Below are positions 54,095 to 64,000 of a stretch of DNA of 64,000 bases, piece after piece. The translations under genes were made by a program, and so were the position numbers. Under the pieces are notes generated by a model. That model saw nothing but the letters and a program-made list of their open reading frames with translations, was not told the origin of the DNA and did no database searches. This DNA comes from an uncultured delta proteobacterium (GTDB lineage: Bacteria > Myxococcota_A > Polyangia > Polyangiales > Polyangiaceae), in contig CAVOKF010000002.1 in NCBI GenBank assembly GCA_963696385.1, positions 32,001-96,000 of the forward strand. Direction: 5' to 3'. Position 1 is the stretch's first letter. Each line of letters opens with the position of its first letter.

Positions 54095-54679
54095 ATGATT
54101 GGTGACGTGTCCGTTCACGGGCGGCGAATCGTCGTGAAGACGAAGGCACGCGGCGACTTCCTACTGCGAGTCGCCCACGCAACGGCCGACGTGCCCGAGG
54201 CCGAGCTGGGTGGCCCCAGGGTCCTCCGAGTGCTGCTCAATCGGCTCGCGGATAACCTGCTTCCGACGGACGACCCGCTGGTTCATGCGCGGCTCCGTGG
54301 CCTGCTTGCCATGCGGGAGCTCCTCAACGCAAACGGAGGGGCGCTTTCCGCAGACGACGTCCGGACGATGCTTGGCATCTCGCGGCAAGCCGTGGACAAA
54401 CGCCGCAGAGCCGGGAGGCTACTCGCTGTCGAGCTGCCTCGCCGGGGACTTTTCTATCCTGCGTGGCAGTTCACCCCTGCAGGCAGCACCCTTTCCGGCA
54501 TGACCGAGATTCTGGCGGCGCTGAGGAAGCACCAAGTCGACGGTTGGGCACAGCTGCGGTTCTTTTTGAGCCTCAACGACCGGCTCGGCGGACGGCGCCC
54601 GATCGACGTCATCGGCGAAGGAGATGTCGATGCCGTGTTGGAAGCCGTCGGCGCGTTCGATGAGCATGGCGCCGCGTGA
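54095..54679 (+). CDS. Xre/MbcA-like antitoxin
   Basis: HTH LGISRQAVDKRR, YPAWQF, LGGRRPID; coupled to a RES gene. Confidence 0.75.
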   Translation: MIGDVSVHGRRIVVKTKARGDFLLRVAHATADVPEAELGGPRVLRVLLNRLADNLLPTDDPLVHARLRGLLAMRELLNANGGALSADDVRTMLGISRQAVDKRRRAGRLLAVELPRRGLFYPAWQFTPAGSTLSGMTEILAALRKHQVDGWAQLRFFLSLNDRLGGRRPIDVIGEGDVDAVLEAVGAFDEHGAA

Positions 54680-55269
54680 GCGTGCAGCACCCCAATCCGC
54701 CGGGGTCGACCGACGCGTTGCGGCTGCTCATCCGACGCATCTCCTACGGTTGGTACCGCATCCACCACACCGGCAACCCCCCCCTACAGTTTGGCACGAG
54801 ACCGAGCAACCGGTTTGATTCGCCGGCCGGTGAATTCGGCGTGCTCTACGTCGCCAAGGACGCGTACGGAGCCTTCATCGAAACGTTCGGCCATGAGACC
54901 GGACGAACACCGCTGGTCACACAGGCCGAGCTGCACGCCCGCGAAATCTCCATCGTCAGCAGTACGCGGGCACTACGGCTCGTCAATCTCCGGGGCGAAG
55001 GGCTATCCCGCATGGGCGCGGACGTAGCGCTCACCAGCGGGTCCGATTATGCCCTTTCACGACGTTGGGCGATGGCCCTTTATCGCCATCGGAGGCAACC
55101 CGACGGCATACTGTACCGGGCGCGTCACGACCCCGCTCGAACGTGCGCCGCTCTCTTCGATCGCGCGGCTCTCGCTCTTACGGCACGGCAAACCGGAACG
55201 CTGCTCGTCCCGGCCCATCTCGGCCTCCTAGCCGACATCCTCGACAGGTATGGCTATGGCCTCGGGTGA
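54676..55269 (+). CDS. RES-domain toxin (putative NAD+ phosphorylase)
   Basis: WYRI, NRFDSP, VLYVA, FIET, DGILYRAR, ALFDR. Confidence 0.85.
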   Translation: MSVQHPNPPGSTDALRLLIRRISYGWYRIHHTGNPPLQFGTRPSNRFDSPAGEFGVLYVAKDAYGAFIETFGHETGRTPLVTQAELHAREISIVSSTRALRLVNLRGEGLSRMGADVALTSGSDYALSRRWAMALYRHRRQPDGILYRARHDPARTCAALFDRAALALTARQTGTLLVPAHLGLLADILDRYGYGLG

Positions 55270-55376
55270 GGCGTGGGGCGGCGGGGACATGACCATCCAG
55301 ACACACCGCTTGCCCTTGAGTTCCGGCGCGGCGGCTCGTCGTCGGCACGCTGCGAGGAAAGGCCAAAACGCCGAAG

Positions 55377-56603
55377 CCGTCCTGTCCGGAAACCCATCGT
55401 CGGCGATTGTCGCATAAGTTCGGGGCAAATCGCAGGCTTGAAGGTGCGGCAGGACACGGGCAGTGTGGGCGCGGTCCGATGCTCCCGGCGACGCTCCAAT
55501 TCATCATCGCGATGGTCGCGCACGCGATCAATGAGCGGATGGCGCGGAGGGTCGACTACTTGCACGAGGAGGTTCGGGTCCTCAAGGAGGCTCTCGCGGC
55601 AGCGACCGGCACGATCCGGATCGACTTCACCGCCGACCAGCGGCGCCGCCTGGCGCTCAAAGGCAAGCTGCTGACTGCCAAGGAACGCAGGGCCTGCTGC
55701 CAGATCGTGCGCCCCGAGACGATCCTCGCCTGGTTTCGCCAACTGGCCTCGGATAAATACGACAGCTCGGAGACTCGCAAGGTCGGCCGGCCCCGCAAAG
55801 CGAGCGACAGTCGCCGACTCGTCGTCGAGATGGCGCGCGACAACCCGGGATGGGGGTACACGAAAATCCGCGATGCGATGCGAGGGCTGAAGATCGAGAT
55901 CGGCCGCACCACCGTCGCCAGCATCCTGGCGGACGCCGGCGTAGAGCCGGCGCCGGATCGCAATCGCAAACGGACCTGGGCGCACTTCCTCAAAAGCCAC
56001 TGGGAGACGCTGTACGCGTGCGACTTCTTCAGCGTCGAAGTCTTGGGCATGTTCGGGACCGTCCGCACCATGGTGTTCTTCGTCATGTGCATCAAGACCC
56101 GCGCCGTGCGGATCGCCGGGGTCCGCATCGCCCCGGACGGCGATTGGATGAAGCAGATTGCCCGCAATCTTCTGGATCCGGTAGACGGATTTCTGCGAAA
56201 CGCGAGCCATCTGATCCACGATCGGGACCCCGTGTTCACCGAGGCATGGACGGCGCTGCTCGAGACTGGCCGCGTGACCTGCGTGCCCATTCCGGCGCGA
56301 AGTCCAAATTGCAACCCCCACGCCGAGCGTTTCGTGAAGAGCATCCGCAGCGAGTGCTTGGACCGCTTCGTCATCTTCGGCGAGCGCCACCTGCGGCATC
56401 TGATCCGCGAGTTCGCCGCCCATTACCACACCGAGCGCTACCACCAAGGACTTGGCAGCCAAATCATCAGGCCGACGCCGTCGCCGAGCAACGACAACGC
56501 GTCGCTTGGCGCGATCGGGTGTCGATCGCGTCTCGGCGGACTCCTCAATTTCTACCGTCGCGAGGCTGCGTGAAGAGCGGCGACGGCTTTTCGGACATCA
56601 CGG
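55377..56603 (+). mobile_element. rve-type IS with intact transposase (CDS 55479-56573)
   Basis: Imperfect 23-bp IR ccgtcctgtccggaaacccatcg / ccgtgatgtccgaaaagccgtcg; ACDFF, LIHDRD, AERFVKSIRSECLD. Confidence 0.85.
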
Positions 56604-56820
56604 GCTCATGGCGGCGGTAGCCAAATACTCGTTCGGCAGTCACGCAGCTCTCGAGTGCCGGTGGTGGAGTCACCCGCGGCGCGGAAGGGCGGCGACCTTG
56701 CCGCCGCTGGGCAGCTGGACGGCGCGCGATAGCGGCGCATCGCGACCGAACGGGGATCATCGTGGGTCGCAAACCTTCGATGTAAGGCTTTCTTATCCTC
56801 TCCTTCCTTCCTGCCGCTTT

Positions 56821-57969
56821 TCACGGCGGACTCCTGGCGCAACGAAAGCCGATGTCGTTGGCGCGGAACGTCGGGAAGTCGCCGCCGCGGACCGGGGCAA
56901 ACAAGGCCGCCGCGGTTTCGCTGAAGTCGCCGCCCCAATCCGCCCGGCCGTAACCTGTAGCTGTCGTGAGATAGGCGCAATTTATGCACGGGACGTAGGT
57001 GGCAGACGAATCCAGGTTCCACTCCCAGAGTTCCCCCGCCATATCCAGCTGACCCCAGTAACCCGCTCCCAGCATCGCCGTCCCTACCGGCGCGATATAC
57101 GTCGGGTTGGCCGTGTAGTAATCGCCGTAAATCGCATACTGGTTCGCCGTCCCCGGATCCGTCGACCCCCACGGATACTCGAGCTGCTGACTCCCACCCG
57201 CCGCCACGTACTCCCACTCCGCTTCGCTCGGCAAAAAGCCCCCATCCCAAATACAAAACGCGTACGCCTCGTACCAGTCCACGCAGTTGAGCGGCAGATT
57301 CTCTTGGCTGCCCGCCGTGGTCGTCCACGTCTCCGAGGGTGCCTCGCAGCTTAGGTTCGTGTTCCACGTGCTCGCCGCGCCAGCCCCCGTAGCGATGTAC
57401 ATGTTCCAGTCCGTCGCGTCCCAGCCCGTCTCGTCCGGCCCCGCGACCGCGCTATTGGCTAGGCCCCGGCCCCCATTCAAGTACGCGTGGATACCGCTGC
57501 CGTTGGCAGGTGGGGCGCCGGTGTTGCTCGTCACATAGTTCACGTACTGCCGGAACCGTCCGACCGTCACGAGGTACTTATCCAGGCGAAATCCGCTCAC
57601 CGTTGCCGGGTCGGCCTCGCCGGTCGGACCGCCGTCCGTTGCGGTCGCGAACCCGCCATCGAAGTAGTTGATGTCACCATACGTTCGATAGTACGTCCCA
57701 CCCGGGACCTCCAGGCTGGTGCAGCAGCTCTCGCTCCCGCTTCCCCCGGGGCCGCAGTTCGTCATTCCCGGCCCGCCGGGCTGGCAGCTAGGTGGGATAC
57801 TTACTGGGCCGGAAGAGCTGCTCGTGGAGACGCTCACGCTGCTCGAACCGGCCGCAGCGGACATGCCGGCAAGCAGCTCGGTCCTTGCGCCGCATCCATT
57901 CGGGACGGCAACGACCAAGATCGCCGCCGTCATCGCGCGCATCAGCGTTTGGAATCCAACGGCGCTCAT
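56821..57969 (-). CDS. FGE-sulfatase/SUMF1 (C-type-lectin-fold) lipoprotein
   Basis: FRLDKYLVT, LPSEAEWE, YPWG, DMAGELWEW, IGFRCAR. Confidence 0.9.
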   Translation of the reverse strand: MSAVGFQTLMRAMTAAILVVAVPNGCGARTELLAGMSAAAGSSSVSVSTSSSSGPVSIPPSCQPGGPGMTNCGPGGSGSESCCTSLEVPGGTYYRTYGDINYFDGGFATATDGGPTGEADPATVSGFRLDKYLVTVGRFRQYVNYVTSNTGAPPANGSGIHAYLNGGRGLANSAVAGPDETGWDATDWNMYIATGAGAASTWNTNLSCEAPSETWTTTAGSQENLPLNCVDWYEAYAFCIWDGGFLPSEAEWEYVAAGGSQQLEYPWGSTDPGTANQYAIYGDYYTANPTYIAPVGTAMLGAGYWGQLDMAGELWEWNLDSSATYVPCINCAYLTTATGYGRADWGGDFSETAAALFAPVRGGDFPTFRANDIGFRCARSPP

Positions 57970-58587
57970 TCCGCTCCAGAGCAATATCCGGTGAGTCGAC
58001 CGCAAGCGCAAGGACCGCCGCGCGAAGCTCGACGACAGGGGCATTTGAATTTGGGGGACATTGCGGCCGCACTCTCGCTCGGAGTGGTGATGCTGCGTCC
58101 TTGACGGCGACGATCGGCGTGTCGGCTTGCACGCTGTGGAAGCGCTCATCTTTGGACGGTCGAGGATGGACCTCCTTCCCAAGTGATATCGATTCGTAAT
58201 GGCAACAATCCATTCGATGGATTGGAGCCGTTCGACGGGACGACGGTCCGCCGTAGGGGCCGTGAGCCATCTCGACCGCCCCTTGGTCGTCCACCCGTCG
58301 CCGCCTCGGCACGCCTGACCATCACACCAATGATTATGAGCACTTAGTTCGGGCATTCCTTTGGCAGTTGCGCTGGCCCGAGAATTGCCGTATGCGTTGT
58401 TCGTGCACCTTCCTCTGCGCGTGTAGCGCCCTTTGGTCGAAGCCGCTTACGGAGCGCTGAGCCTATACGGCTAACGCGCTTTCGGTTGAGCCTTCGAGAG
58501 TACGCGCCGCACTCGGCACATCGGTGTCGTACGCCCGAAGACTCGCTTTCTTCATGGGTCTCACAATCCGCGATCGGGGTGGGCGTG

Positions 58588-58839
58588 ATGGACAGCCACA
58601 GTGATATTCTAGCGATGCCCGCCGAAGCGGCGTGGGTTGCGCTCGAGGGCGACGTGCTGACAGTGGAGGAGCTTGCCGCGCAGCTGCGGGTTAAGCCCAA
58701 GACCGTCTACGCGGCCATTCGACGCAAGCAAATCCCCGGCATCCTGCGCGTGGGAAGACTCATCCGCATCTCGCGATCGAGCGTGCTAGCGTGGCTTGCC
58801 GGCCAAGATCGTGAAGCTCGCTCACGGAGCCAACGATGA
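58588..58839 (+). CDS. Excisionase-like HTH protein
   Basis: VLTVEELAAQLRVKPKTVY..I....IPG.LRVGRLIRI; ATGA overlap with the integrase. Confidence 0.85.
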   Translation: MDSHSDILAMPAEAAWVALEGDVLTVEELAAQLRVKPKTVYAAIRRKQIPGILRVGRLIRISRSSVLAWLAGQDREARSRSQR

Positions 58840-59970
58840 GCGTGCGCAGCGAACGGCGCCGAGACAAGGTCTCGGGCAAAGTACGGGAATATTGGATGGT
58901 CCATGTCGTAATCCAACTGCCGGATGGACGGCTTGTGCAAGCGCGCAAGGCACTTTCGAAGACGAAGGTGAACAAGCGCGAGGCCGAGGCGTACGAACGG
59001 CGACTGCGGGTGGAGATGCTCAATCCGTCCGCGGTGAAGCCAAAGGAGGTCCCCACACTCAAACAGTTCTGGCCGACGTTCCTCGCATGGGCGAAGGGCG
59101 AGCGGCACAAGGCGAGCGGAATCCACTCGAAGGAGTCGATCTACCGGGTGCACCTGGCGCCCGCGTTCGACTCCAAGCGGCTCGATCAGATCGATGACGC
59201 AGCCATCACGCGCATCAAGTGCAAGCTCGCTACCGCGGGCCGCAGCCGCAAGACCGCGAACAACATTCTGGGCGTGCTGTCGAAAGCCCTGCGGCTCGCG
59301 TTCAAGTGGAAGGTGCTCTCGCAGATGCCCTGCGAATTCAACCTGAAACCAGTCAAGAACATCCGCATCGACTTCTACGAGTTCGCCGACTACGACCGGC
59401 TCGTCGACGCCGCCGGCAAGGTCGGAAGCCGCTACGCGGCGCTCGTGCTTCTCGGCGGCGACGCAGGGCTACGACGCAGCGAGATCATCGGGCTTCGATG
59501 GTGCGACGTGGACTTTGCAAGAGGTCAGCTGCGCATCGTGCAAGCGCAGTGGAAGGATACGGTCGACACCCCCAAGAGCGACAAGCCGCGCATCGTTCCG
59601 ATGACCGATGCGCTGACCGATGCGCTCAAGAGGCACCGGCATCTTCGCAGCGAGCGGGTTCTATGCTTGGACGACGGCAAGCCGGCGCCCGGGCATGTGC
59701 TTCGCGACTGGCTGGAAGCGGTGCAGCGCCGGGGGCGGGCTCGAGGTACGGGGGAGCCTTCATAAGCTCCGCCATACGTTCTGCTCGCACCTGGCGATGC
59801 GAGGCGCATCGGCCAAGGCCATTCAGGAGCCGGCCGGGCACGCCGATCTGGCGACCACGATGCGGTACATGCACCTGTCGCCGGCGGCGCGCGACAGCGC
59901 CATCGCCCTGCTCAACGTGCGAAACCACAGCAACATAGCAGCAACGATCGGTAGCGAAATCTATAACTAG
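58836..59970 (+). pseudogene. Tyrosine integrase with frameshift near 59735
   Basis: AGLRRSEI and TPKS in one frame; LHKLRHTFCS and GHADLATTMRY in another. Confidence 0.88.
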
Positions 59971-59990
59971 CTGAATTGCTTATGGAAAGA

Positions 59991-60013
59991 GAGTGGAGCT
60001 GACGGGAATCGAA
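59991..60013 (-). other. att-core candidate identical to 4264-4286
   Basis: gagtggagctgacgggaatcgaa, 20 bp after the integrase stop. Confidence 0.7.
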
Positions 60014-60031
60014 AAGGTGGGCCAAAGCGCG

Positions 60032-60316
60032 ATGAACCCCAACAAACATACGATAGTCGCAATTGGCTCCGATCTGTCAAGGTCCGAAAATACGCCAGTT
60101 CGTGACCCTTCGAGCGCATTGGCGTCAATTGGTGAATCCGAATCCGAAATAGTGAGCGACGCGGCCCTCGAGCGAGCGATCGTTGACGCCGTCACGATGG
60201 GGGTGGGGGACGTGGCGCGCACACTCGCGACCCGACTCGAGGAGCGGCGGCGAGCGCTCGTGCCGGCGAACGTCGCGGATATGGCGACGGCGCTTGTGGA
60301 ACAAACGCCCAAATGA
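60032..60316 (+). CDS. Small hypothetical protein next to the att core
   Basis: Helical ALERAIVDAV..G..DVARTLA..LEERR segment. Confidence 0.4.
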   Translation: MNPNKHTIVAIGSDLSRSENTPVRDPSSALASIGESESEIVSDAALERAIVDAVTMGVGDVARTLATRLEERRRALVPANVADMATALVEQTPK

Positions 60317-60317
60317 C

Positions 60318-60653
60318 TCATACGGCTCGCCGCTTCTTGGGCCTCGGCGCATCCAACGCCCCGACGGATCCTCGGCGCGCTGTTCGGCGGCGCGGAGACG
60401 GGCGACGGCTCTCCATCGCCAGCCGCAGGATACGGTTGATGCGCGTCTGGTAGCCCTTGCCCAGCGACTTGAGCCAAGCGAGCACGTCCGCGTCAAGACG
60501 AATGGTGAGTTGGCGTTTCGCGGGCGGCCAGGGCACGCGCACCGCATTCGCTAGAAACGCCTCATCGAGCGGCGGAATGTCCGCGTAGTCGAGGGTCTCA
60601 TCGGTGAGACGGTCAACTCTCTCCAAGTCGCTCTTGATAGACTTCTTGCTCAC
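60318..60653 (-). CDS. brnA: BrnA-family antitoxin
   Basis: DYADIPPL...KRQLTIRLDADVLAWLKS.GKGYQTRINRILR. Confidence 0.88.
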   Translation of the reverse strand: MSKKSIKSDLERVDRLTDETLDYADIPPLDEAFLANAVRVPWPPAKRQLTIRLDADVLAWLKSLGKGYQTRINRILRLAMESRRPSPRRRTARRGSVGALDAPRPKKRRAV

Positions 60654-60897
60654 GGCGGTTCGCCTTTCTCGTCGAGATGATGCGCGTCGCGTCGTCCCCG
60701 CGCGCGGTATGGCGAGGACGGACGACCACGCGACCGGCGAGCACGCCCAGTGTGATGAACCGCTGCTCGCCATAGTCGAAGCGGTTATCTTCGAGGGTAA
60801 CGGTCGGGCCGTCGAACACGAGCGGCGCGTCCTCAAAGCTGAGGCCGTGTTTTGCGAGGTTGTGGCGAGCTTTCGCTTCATCCCATTCGTAACGCAC
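60613..60897 (-). CDS. brnT: BrnT-family toxin
   Basis: YEWDEAKARHNLAKHGLSF...YGEQRF..LG...RIISTRKANRRE. Confidence 0.88.
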   Translation of the reverse strand: MRYEWDEAKARHNLAKHGLSFEDAPLVFDGPTVTLEDNRFDYGEQRFITLGVLAGRVVVRPRHTARGDDATRIISTRKANRREQEVYQERLGES

Positions 60898-61097
60898 GTG
60901 TAGCTCTTTTTGTAGTTACATTCAAGCGAGGAAAAGCGGATTGAACCGGGCTATGGTCACGTACGGTTACGGCCAACGCTCGGCCCGGCACTGCGTTCGC
61001 ATCGTCGGAATGAAGTCGTCCAACTCGTCGTGAAACGACGCAGTCGTTCGAGTACCCGTCGATCCACGCGACCTGGCCCGTCGGAGAGCACGCGCAA

Positions 61098-61307
61098 TTA
61101 GTTATACCGCAAGGAGTTCTTCGCGAACGAAGTGCAAGCGGACCATTTGGGTGCCTGATCCTCTTCGAAGTGACAGCGCACGGCATCGCGAATTTCGTCG
61201 TGAAGCTGAGCCACGGTATCCGCCTCCGTGAAGATCGACATCCCCAGGGCGCGCGCGGTATAGCCGCCCGCGGCGGCTTCTTCGACGACGAAAATGATCT
61301 CGCTCAT
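61098..61307 (-). CDS. HicB-like antitoxin (3' frameshift, no partner seen)
   Basis: EIIFVVEEA..GGYTARALG.SIFTEADT..QL...IRDAVRCHF. Confidence 0.65.
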   Translation of the reverse strand: MSEIIFVVEEAAAGGYTARALGMSIFTEADTVAQLHDEIRDAVRCHFEEDQAPKWSACTSFAKNSLRYN

Positions 61308-61728
61308 GCTTAGCCTCAGTCAAGGTAGCTGACTTGCAGGCGAGCGACACGGCGCCTGCCGTCGCTCTGCCAGACGTTCTCTTGAATTCAGGGTGCCGTC
61401 CAGTGTGCAACCCTTATCGCGCTCTGACCCGTCGAGGGGACTGGCGCACGATATCGGCAAATAGTCGTGCGAGATCGCACTGTGATGCCCTCCGAGCAGA
61501 TCTCGATCTGATCGCTCGCCGCCGCCGTCAGCGGCATCGCCACGAACGCCGGCGCAGTCGCTCAGCGCAGTCGGAGGTTGCCGTAGTGATGACCCGCGGC
61601 ACATCGACCGCGCGATCGACAGCTGCTCGGCGTGGGCGCGCTACAGCGACCGACCGGGCGGCGCTTCCGCGAGTCGCCGGACTGCACCACCGCGTATTCG
61701 AGGGCCGCGTTCACAAGCGACAATGGCC

Positions 61729-61828
61729 CTAGTACCTCGATTCCGCGGAATGGAAGGGTCGTTTTCCGCGATATTCCCGACGGGATCGGGTGGTCTCACC
61801 CCTCCGTTTCATGGAATCGGGGTACTAG
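61729..61828. mobile_element. 100-bp MITE, copy 2
   Basis: Identical to 8413-8512, same orientation, CTAG ends. Confidence 0.85.
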
Positions 61829-61861
61829 TGCGCGCGCGGAGCTACAGTCGGTTGGATCCCC

Positions 61862-62131
61862 TTGAGCGCGCATACCGTGACCGTTAGCGTTGAACTCCCC
61901 GTGACCGGCGGCGCCACCGCGCCCGACTCCCGGCTCATCGGTGACGAGCTCCGCGTCCTCTGGATCATCGAACAGGTTCGGACGAAGCGCATCGGCGTCG
62001 GCAAGGGCGCGGAGCTTGCCGGCATGCCGCGCGCGGCGTTCATGCAGGCGCTGGGCACGCACGGCGTGCCCGTGATCGACTACCCGCCCGCTGACCTGCA
62101 GGGCGAGCTTGATATGCGGGAAATGGGTTGA
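61862..62131 (+). CDS. UPF0175-family antitoxin
   Basis: IGVGKGAELAGMPR.AFMQAL..HGVP..DY...DL..EL. Confidence 0.8.
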   Translation: MSAHTVTVSVELPVTGGATAPDSRLIGDELRVLWIIEQVRTKRIGVGKGAELAGMPRAAFMQALGTHGVPVIDYPPADLQGELDMREMG

Positions 62132-62625
62132 TCGTCGTCCCCGACGCGGGGCCGCTCATCTACCTGGGCGGAGCCGGACACCTCGATCTCCTCCGCCGCC
62201 TCTACACCGAAGTCGTTGTGCCTCGCATCGTGCTCGATGAGGTTGTCGTTGCGGGCGCGGGCATGACAGGAGCCGACGCCGTGGCGGCCGCGCACTGGCT
62301 GAGAATCGAGGACGTCGCTCCCGACCCCGATCTGCTGGACGTGCTCGACCGCGGAGAGGCAGCCGCGCTTCCGCTTGCCGCGCGCCTTATGGCCACGCTT
62401 CTCGTCGACGATAGCGCCGCGCGAGCCATCGCCGGCGCGAGAGGCATTCGGGTCGTCGGGACGATCGGCCTGTTGCTGCAAGCGAAGCGGAGGGAGTACC
62501 TCACCGCGGTGGGCCCCGTAATCGCTCAAATGGAGCAGCTTGGAAATGTACCTGTCCGCGCTACTTCGCGAGGAAGTCGTCCGGCTCGCTGGCGAGGACG
62601 GCTAAACAAGTTCCGGGCTGAGTGA
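62128..62625 (+). CDS. DUF3368 PIN-domain toxin (possible 3' frameshift)
   Basis: VVPDAGPLIYL...LDRGEAAAL...LLVDD..AR...GTIGLLL.AK. Confidence 0.82.
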   Translation: MIVVPDAGPLIYLGGAGHLDLLRRLYTEVVVPRIVLDEVVVAGAGMTGADAVAAAHWLRIEDVAPDPDLLDVLDRGEAAALPLAARLMATLLVDDSAARAIAGARGIRVVGTIGLLLQAKRREYLTAVGPVIAQMEQLGNVPVRATSRGSRPARWRGRLNKFRAE

Positions 62626-62696
62626 TTCGGCGTCAACCGGTATAGGACCACGTGACGTAGCGAGGTACGTCACGACCTCGATGAGGGGCACGACGC

Positions 62697-62800
62697 TCAG
62701 ACTTCTTGCTCACGGCGGTTCGCCTTTCTCATCGAGATGATGCGCATCCGTGGTCCTCGTGCGCGGTATCGGCGACGACGACAACGCAGCGGGGGGAGGT
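62697..62800 (-). pseudogene. brnT 3' fragment
   Basis: RIISMRKANRREQEV; gacttcttgctcacggcggttcgcctttctc is shared with 60640-60670. Confidence 0.7.
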
Positions 62801-62962
62801 GAAGCGCCGATTTTTCGGCTGGGCCCAGACGTGACGAGAAGGGCCAGCAGTGCAGTCTCAAAGGCCGCCGGAGCGGACGCGCGCTTGCTTCAGCCATTCC
62901 GTCGAGCCGCCGCGATGCTAGGCGAGCGACCGTTCCAGCTTGCGCCCCAGCGCGGTGTCGCT

Positions 62963-63889
62963 CTACCTCCGATTGCGACGATCCGCGATGCCCGAAGGAT
63001 TGCCCGGCTCGACGGCGAATAAGTCCTCGGTGCTCACGGCGGTGACGGCCTTGTCGAGCCAGCCTTCGAGCGTAGCGAGGTCGGGACAGGCAAGGATGCG
63101 CGCGTGTTGCTCGGCCGTAACGGCGAGTTCACGGCGCTCGAGAACGCGGAGGATCGATCGGGCTTCGCCCTCGGCGCGGCCTTCAGCCTTGCCGTCAGCC
63201 TTGCCCTGCGCGAACAATCGGCGTTGCGTCTCGCTAAAGAACTGCTGGCCTTGAGGAAGCATCTCGAAGCTCTTTCTGGCGGCTTCGCCGAGTGAGGACT
63301 CGATCAACGCGAAGCATAGCATCTTCAGCGACTCCGGCAGACCCGCGGCCCCCACCGCCGCGGCCGTCGCGACCCGAACCGCGGTGGGCACGTCGTCGTC
63401 CCGACCGTGCGCCATGACCGGTAGCACGGCCAGATGCGGCTCGCGCACGGCGACATCGACGTCTGTGATGACCGGGATGCCCTCCGGCCCGATGACGAAC
63501 GCTCTCCACGCCAAGCCCCCGCCGAGGTCGACGGTCTTGGCCGCCCAGCGGGCCGTATCTGCGTCGGGGGTGACCACGAGCACCACGAAGGGGCACCGGT
63601 GTCGCGCTCGGGCGCTGACGGCGTACATCGGCCACGTGACGGGCTTGTCCCGATCGACGTGGAGTTGCGCTTCGAGGATGATGCCGAAGACCGTTTGGCC
63701 CTCCACGAGCAAGACCACCGCATCGGCGTGGTACTCGGTGGGAACGAGAGCATTGAGCGAGGCCTCGGCAAGACGAGCCTCCGTGAACACCGGCAGCGAG
63801 ACGTGCAGCAGTTCACGCAACAGGTCCGCCGCGAGCTCGGGCCTCTCGCGCACCAGCGCGATGATCCCTTCGTGGAGCAGCGACGGCAT
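62963..63889 (-). CDS. Rpn/YhgA-like PD-(D/E)XK-fold protein
   Basis: EYHADAVV...ILEAQL...WP.Y; tail GKADGKAEGRAEGEA...LEGWL. Confidence 0.65.
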   Translation of the reverse strand: MPSLLHEGIIALVRERPELAADLLRELLHVSLPVFTEARLAEASLNALVPTEYHADAVVLLVEGQTVFGIILEAQLHVDRDKPVTWPMYAVSARARHRCPFVVLVVTPDADTARWAAKTVDLGGGLAWRAFVIGPEGIPVITDVDVAVREPHLAVLPVMAHGRDDDVPTAVRVATAAAVGAAGLPESLKMLCFALIESSLGEAARKSFEMLPQGQQFFSETQRRLFAQGKADGKAEGRAEGEARSILRVLERRELAVTAEQHARILACPDLATLEGWLDKAVTAVSTEDLFAVEPGNPSGIADRRNRR

Positions 63890-64000
63890 CGCCGCGACAC
63901 TACCCGAGGGGACGAGCGAGCGCACCCCCGCGCCGCAGCGGCAGCACGTCCGGCTCAGCCCCGGCCTGGCCCGTCGCGATCGCCTCCGATTACTCGTCTC

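Noticed and set aside
56776..56803. Additional dif-like site (minus strand ggagaggataa-gaaagc-cttacatcgaa)
   Set aside because: Only the XerC-like arm is plausible and the accessory segment is missing; too weak to call.
60303..60330. aaacgcccaaa as another repeat copy
   Set aside because: Short match inside a coding end with no XerD-like arm.

Overview
GC-rich accessory region, probably myxobacterial (Polyangiaceae-like; inferred from a MYXO-CTERM-type tail and Cys-rich lipoproteins). It is a mosaic of intact genes and many gene fragments. Mobile DNA: an IS1634 element, an IS4 element, three rve-type IS copies, two tyrosine integrases, one full and one truncated group II intron, a 1004-bp non-autonomous element, a 100-bp MITE present twice and a 62-bp hairpin insertion. 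About seven toxin-antitoxin modules or remnants lie at 46.6-62.8 kb. The strongest unexplained signal is a dispersed family of ~85-120-bp non-coding repeats, nine full or partial copies at 27.3-47.6 kb. Each full copy ends in a 28-bp XerC/XerD dif-like site joined to a conserved ~55-bp accessory segment. The copies bracket small gene cassettes, two of them show homology stopping exactly at the predicted crossover, and both introns and the IS4 sit in copies. This suggests a dif-module cassette array. All calls are by eye, with no database searches.
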